Positions 60,557-64,000 of a stretch of DNA of 64,000 bases are shown in pieces; the stretch's first letter is position 1; each line of letters begins with the position of its first letter. A program made the position numbers and the translations under genes. The notes below the pieces were generated by a model that saw only the letters and a program-made list of their open reading frames with translations, was not told the DNA's origin and did not search any database. The DNA lies in contig CAVYSE010000026.1 of assembly GCA_963771075.1 (NCBI GenBank), positions 64,001 through 128,000 on the forward strand. Reading direction: 5' to 3'. Source of the stretch: a candidate division FCPU426 bacterium (lineage in GTDB: Bacteria; Oederibacteriota; Muellerivitia; Muellerivitales; Muellerivitaceae).

Positions 60557-61267
60557 TTAACCTAGATAAACAGGCACGATCGGTTCCTCGACCACTTTCC
60601 CGTTTTTTAAGCCAACCCGATAGGCCCGGCCATCCGGCCGGGAGGATACAATCCTCACTATGGCATTGCCGATAAAATGGATGGCCACCCCATCGTCGGC
60701 GGCATAGCCCTTTCGGATTTTCTTCTCGGCCAATAAACGATGGTAGGCAGGCCGTCTTTCTTTTTCGCCGTCGTAATGGGGGCAATTGCTTCCCTTGAGG
60801 AAACCCAGGCACTGGAGCCGGGTCAGGCTGCCCGGGATGGAATCGGTCACGCCCTCCTCGAACCAACAAATGGAACCCGCGCTGACGCCGGAAAGCAGGA
60901 TCCCCTTTTCCCAAGCCTTTTTAAATATCTTGTCCAGTCCCCATTCCCGCCAAAGGGCGAGCAGATTCCGGGTATTCCCTCCCCCGACATAAATAATGTC
61001 CTTGTCCAGGACATATTTTTCCAGGCTTCCCTGGGGTGCCTTGTAGAGGGCCAGGTGCGAGGGCACGCAATCCAACCGCTTAAAACTTTTGTAAAACCGC
61101 TGGATGTTGCCGGCGGAATCCCCGCTGGCGGTTCCCGCAAAACATATCTTCGGTTTTTTCTTGCCCGTTTGCCGGAGGATATAGGTATCCAGCGGGGATT
61201 TGCCTGGGTCCGCCAAAAACCCGCCGCCGCCCATGCAAATGATTTGTTTCTTGATTTTCACCTTCAA
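60557..61267 (-). CDS. Peptidase E (S51 family)
   Basis: GGGGF, TASGD, IYVGGGNT.N, G.SAGS and CPHYD. Confidence 0.9.
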   Translation of the reverse strand: MKVKIKKQIICMGGGGFLADPGKSPLDTYILRQTGKKKPKICFAGTASGDSAGNIQRFYKSFKRLDCVPSHLALYKAPQGSLEKYVLDKDIIYVGGGNTRNLLALWREWGLDKIFKKAWEKGILLSGVSAGSICWFEEGVTDSIPGSLTRLQCLGFLKGSNCPHYDGEKERRPAYHRLLAEKKIRKGYAADDGVAIHFIGNAIVRIVSSRPDGRAYRVGLKNGKVVEEPIVPVYLG

Positions 61268-61336
61268 GACACCTTTCCGTTGGGAGGTTCCGAAACAGCT
61301 CCCCGTGTGGTCAGCCTAAATCCCGTCGTCCGGGGT

Positions 61337-62248
61337 TTATTTTATCTTCCCCGTCAACTGAAACACTTCCCGAAGGCTGGGGGGGTAAAGCGCGGCGGGG
61401 AACCGCCGGCAAACGCAGGCGGCGAGGCCCGCCGCGAATCGGACGCAAGGTTCGTCCTCCCATCCGCGCCACAGTCCATAAACCATTCCCGCCCGGAAGG
61501 CGTCCCCCGCGCCCAGGGTGCCTGAAACCTTCACTTCATAGGGAACGAATTGGCGGATGGGCCCTTGGGGCCGGGCGTACCAGAAGGCTTGGGTCCCGAA
61601 GGTGAAGACCGTCAGGCCTTTGGTGCGGGCCCGATAACGGGCCATGAGTGTTTTCAGGTCCGTTTTGGGTTTTAACCCATTCAAGAAATATCGGGAAAGG
61701 ATATTCACCCTTGAGAAACGGTGGCAAACCGAGTCGGGCGGGCAATCCAAGGTAACGTAGGGCACTCCTGCCTTGTGGCATAAAAGGGCGGCTTTTTCCG
61801 ATTCTTTTCTTAAATAGGGATCAATGGCGGCGACCTTGGCTTGTTGGATTGCTTTTGCCTTGGGGCTCGCCCATTTCCGCCCGCCGCCATTCGAAAACCG
61901 GTGGGCGAACCAGCCGAAAACTGTCCGGTGGCGGTTGTCCACCAGAACCAAATCCTTCCAACCCTCAAAAGCGGGGTCCAACTTCAAGCCGGAACAATCC
62001 AAGCCCCATTTGCGGTAGTGCCTCAACAGGGGTTCCTGGGTTTGCGTCCCCAGTAAGGTACCCTCGGGATGGACCTTGAGCCCCAAACGGGCCAGGAGGA
62101 TGGCGGCGTTGGCAATTTCGCCCCCGGGCACCTGGAAGGTTTGGGCGATTTCCCGGTAGGTATCCGCCGGTGGATAGGGACCCTTCAACCGGTGGATGGT
62201 GGAATAGAGGGACATTCCGTAAAGATAAGCGTCGTATTTTCGAACCAT
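61337..62248 (-). CDS. PfkB-family carbohydrate kinase
   Basis: PGGE.AN.A..LA.LG and TLGAGDAFRAG. Confidence 0.88.
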   Translation of the reverse strand: MVRKYDAYLYGMSLYSTIHRLKGPYPPADTYREIAQTFQVPGGEIANAAILLARLGLKVHPEGTLLGTQTQEPLLRHYRKWGLDCSGLKLDPAFEGWKDLVLVDNRHRTVFGWFAHRFSNGGGRKWASPKAKAIQQAKVAAIDPYLRKESEKAALLCHKAGVPYVTLDCPPDSVCHRFSRVNILSRYFLNGLKPKTDLKTLMARYRARTKGLTVFTFGTQAFWYARPQGPIRQFVPYEVKVSGTLGAGDAFRAGMVYGLWRGWEDEPCVRFAAGLAACVCRRFPAALYPPSLREVFQLTGKIK

Positions 62249-62271
62249 GGATTGGGGCCCTTATGCCTGGA

Positions 62272-62772
62272 TTAATAAATAAAAGCCCGTTCTTTGACCT
62301 CGGCGTTCACGTCGGAATGGCTGACCTTATCTTCCGCTATTTCCACCAGGTCGGAGATCAGGTCGCGGTCTTTTTTTGTTAAATCGGACCGTCGGCTGAA
62401 TCGAAGCAGGACCATCCGGTGGCTCTCCTTCATTTCACAAAAACACTTGAATTGGGTGAAGGTATGGGCGTAGTCGAAAAAAATCCTGACGCTGGACACG
62501 TCTTCCCAGCGGTAAGCATTCCGAACGGTCGATAAGAGGTGATCCACGCTTACGAAACCATTCTTGTCAAAGGTGAAAACGGGGTATTCGGCGTGAAGTT
62601 TTTTGACTCTCAGCAAATACAGGCATAGCAGGCCCATGAAGACCGTCAGCCAGGTGCAATAAAACCATGCGTTCGGCATGAAACAGGCGAAAAGGAGGAA
62701 CAGGGCCTCGGCGATGGCGGCCAGCTGGAGGGGATAATTGACGATTTCTTTCGATTCATAGGCTTCTTGCAT
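62272..62772 (-). CDS. Hypothetical membrane protein
   Basis: Two TM segments, then a PH-like W.DV motif; AAGGAG SD. Confidence 0.6.
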   Translation of the reverse strand: MQEAYESKEIVNYPLQLAAIAEALFLLFACFMPNAWFYCTWLTVFMGLLCLYLLRVKKLHAEYPVFTFDKNGFVSVDHLLSTVRNAYRWEDVSSVRIFFDYAHTFTQFKCFCEMKESHRMVLLRFSRRSDLTKKDRDLISDLVEIAEDKVSHSDVNAEVKERAFIY

Positions 62773-62943
62773 GATCGGGCTCCTTCCGGACGAAATAGAT
62801 TATCACGGGTCAGCGGATCGGTTGAGGATAAAAAAATATTGTTAAATCGCGATAAAAAGGCGGGGGAATATTCCATGTGTCGCTGAATCGGATCGGCATT
62901 TATCACCCAGTGGTTTCGCGATCTCCCTTCGCCCTGGACCTTT

Positions 62944-63657
62944 TCACCAAATCAAAGGAATCAGTTTGTACCGGACCTTTCGGGAATAGGTTCGATAACC
63001 TTTGAGTTCCTTTCGCAGGGTTTTGTCCTCCAGGCCGGTTCGCAGGACCAGGAGCAATCCGATCAGGATTCCCACTCCCAACGCGGGATAGGAACCCAAA
63101 AGAACCGGGGCCGCCAGGTTGTAAAGGATAGCGCCCGCGTAACCCGGATGGCGCAAATAGGAATAGGGCCCCTGTTGGATCACGCGATGCCCCCGTTCTT
63201 TTTGGATCCGCACGTAGCTTGAGAAAAAGGGGTTGGACCTCATCGCCCAATAGGTCAAAAATCCACCGGCCAACATCACGCAAATGGCCAAATAGGATGT
63301 GAAGGTCATAAAAGCGGGGGACCATCCCAAGCGCTTGTCCAACCCGGCGAGGACAAGGGACAAGAAGGGCAATAGGCCCCCCACCCATCCCACCAGCGCC
63401 TTATCCCAGGGTTGGGCGGTCTTTGCGGCTTTCTTCCGCTCGTCCGCCAGGGCGGGATAACGCTTGAAAACGTCCGCTGTTAGCAACGCGACAATCGATA
63501 AGATGGCCAGGAAGTCCCAGGCGTTCCACCAGTTTAATTTACCGGCCGAGCCGAAAAGAACCGCCGCCGTGAAACCGGCCACGATCAAATATTGTGTTAG
63601 GAAATTTTTTTGTTTTTTGGATTTCAAAATCTTCTCCGTCACGATAATACACGACAA
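62944..63657 (-). CDS. Isoprenylcysteine carboxylmethyltransferase-family membrane protein
   Basis: N.FFS..VRIQ..RGH.VI..GPY...RHPGY.G and ED..L..EL.GY..Y...VRY.LIP..W. Confidence 0.9.
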   Translation of the reverse strand: MSCIIVTEKILKSKKQKNFLTQYLIVAGFTAAVLFGSAGKLNWWNAWDFLAILSIVALLTADVFKRYPALADERKKAAKTAQPWDKALVGWVGGLLPFLSLVLAGLDKRLGWSPAFMTFTSYLAICVMLAGGFLTYWAMRSNPFFSSYVRIQKERGHRVIQQGPYSYLRHPGYAGAILYNLAAPVLLGSYPALGVGILIGLLLVLRTGLEDKTLRKELKGYRTYSRKVRYKLIPLIW

Positions 63658-63762
63658 ATGTCAAAAAGGGTTGCCCCATCCCGCATGCGAACGCCGGATA
63701 CCCTGGATCGTCTCCCGAATTTTACTTCGCCGCCTTCATGGGGTCGGGAGGCAGGGAACTAA

Positions 63763-63999
63763 TCAATAACTGACTTGGGCGAGGTTACCCGAAAGCACGC
63801 AGGAAGAGGATTGGGCTCCGGGGAATGCGGATGGCGAGTATTGGTAGACGCACATGACGACCGAATCAGTTCCGGCCCCGGGTGTTTCGTTGGTGAAAAC
63901 AGAGTTAGCCACCGTGTAGGGATTGCTAGCCACCGGCGGCCCGAGATAGGCCAGGACCTGAGCCGAATTATTGAGAACGCGGATTAAGGTTACGTTCCC
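63763..63999 (-). CDS. 3' end of a hypothetical protein running off the window
   Basis: Open frame GNVTLIRVLNNSAQVLAY...LAQVSY*. Confidence 0.5.
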   Translation of the reverse strand, partial: GNVTLIRVLNNSAQVLAYLGPPVASNPYTVANSVFTNETPGAGTDSVVMCVYQYSPSAFPGAQSSSCVLSGNLAQVSY

Positions 64000-64000
64000 C

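Overview
Bacterial chromosomal segment, GC-rich with AT-richer accessory patches; lipoproteins and a probable outer-membrane beta-barrel point to a diderm cell, but the lineage cannot be fixed from this sequence. From left to right: (1) 1-9 kb holds the 3' part of a giant repeat-built secreted protein, DUF3224, PilZ, a receiver protein and a GT-C-like membrane protein. (2) 9-17.5 kb is a decaying accessory array with three toxin-antitoxin modules, Sel1, SDR/TetR and a type I RM HsdR fragment. Its modules are separated by a conserved GTCCAC...GTGGAC palindrome. It contains a TIR-flanked Y1 (RAYT-like) transposase, and an IS1111-type IS110 element sits in one of those TIRs with bridge-RNA target and donor guides readable in the sequence. 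(3) 17.6-38.1 kb is a LacI-controlled (galacto)mannan utilisation locus (GH36, SBP, GH130, GH2, PGI/PMI, GH5, esterase). It has no SusC/SusD; instead it encodes a 1401-aa protein with five CBM-like repeats and a probable beta-barrel, plus two CBM-like lipoproteins. (4) 38-49 kb is housekeeping: TPR protein, ExeA ATPase, three tRNAs, thrS-infC-rpmI-rplT. (5) 49.4-56.9 kb is a ~2017-aa Thr-rich surface protein gene split by an IS4 element. (6) 57-64 kb holds trmH-like, pheS and small metabolic genes. Several frameshifts in thrS suggest indel errors in the assembly, so pseudogene calls need read-level checks.
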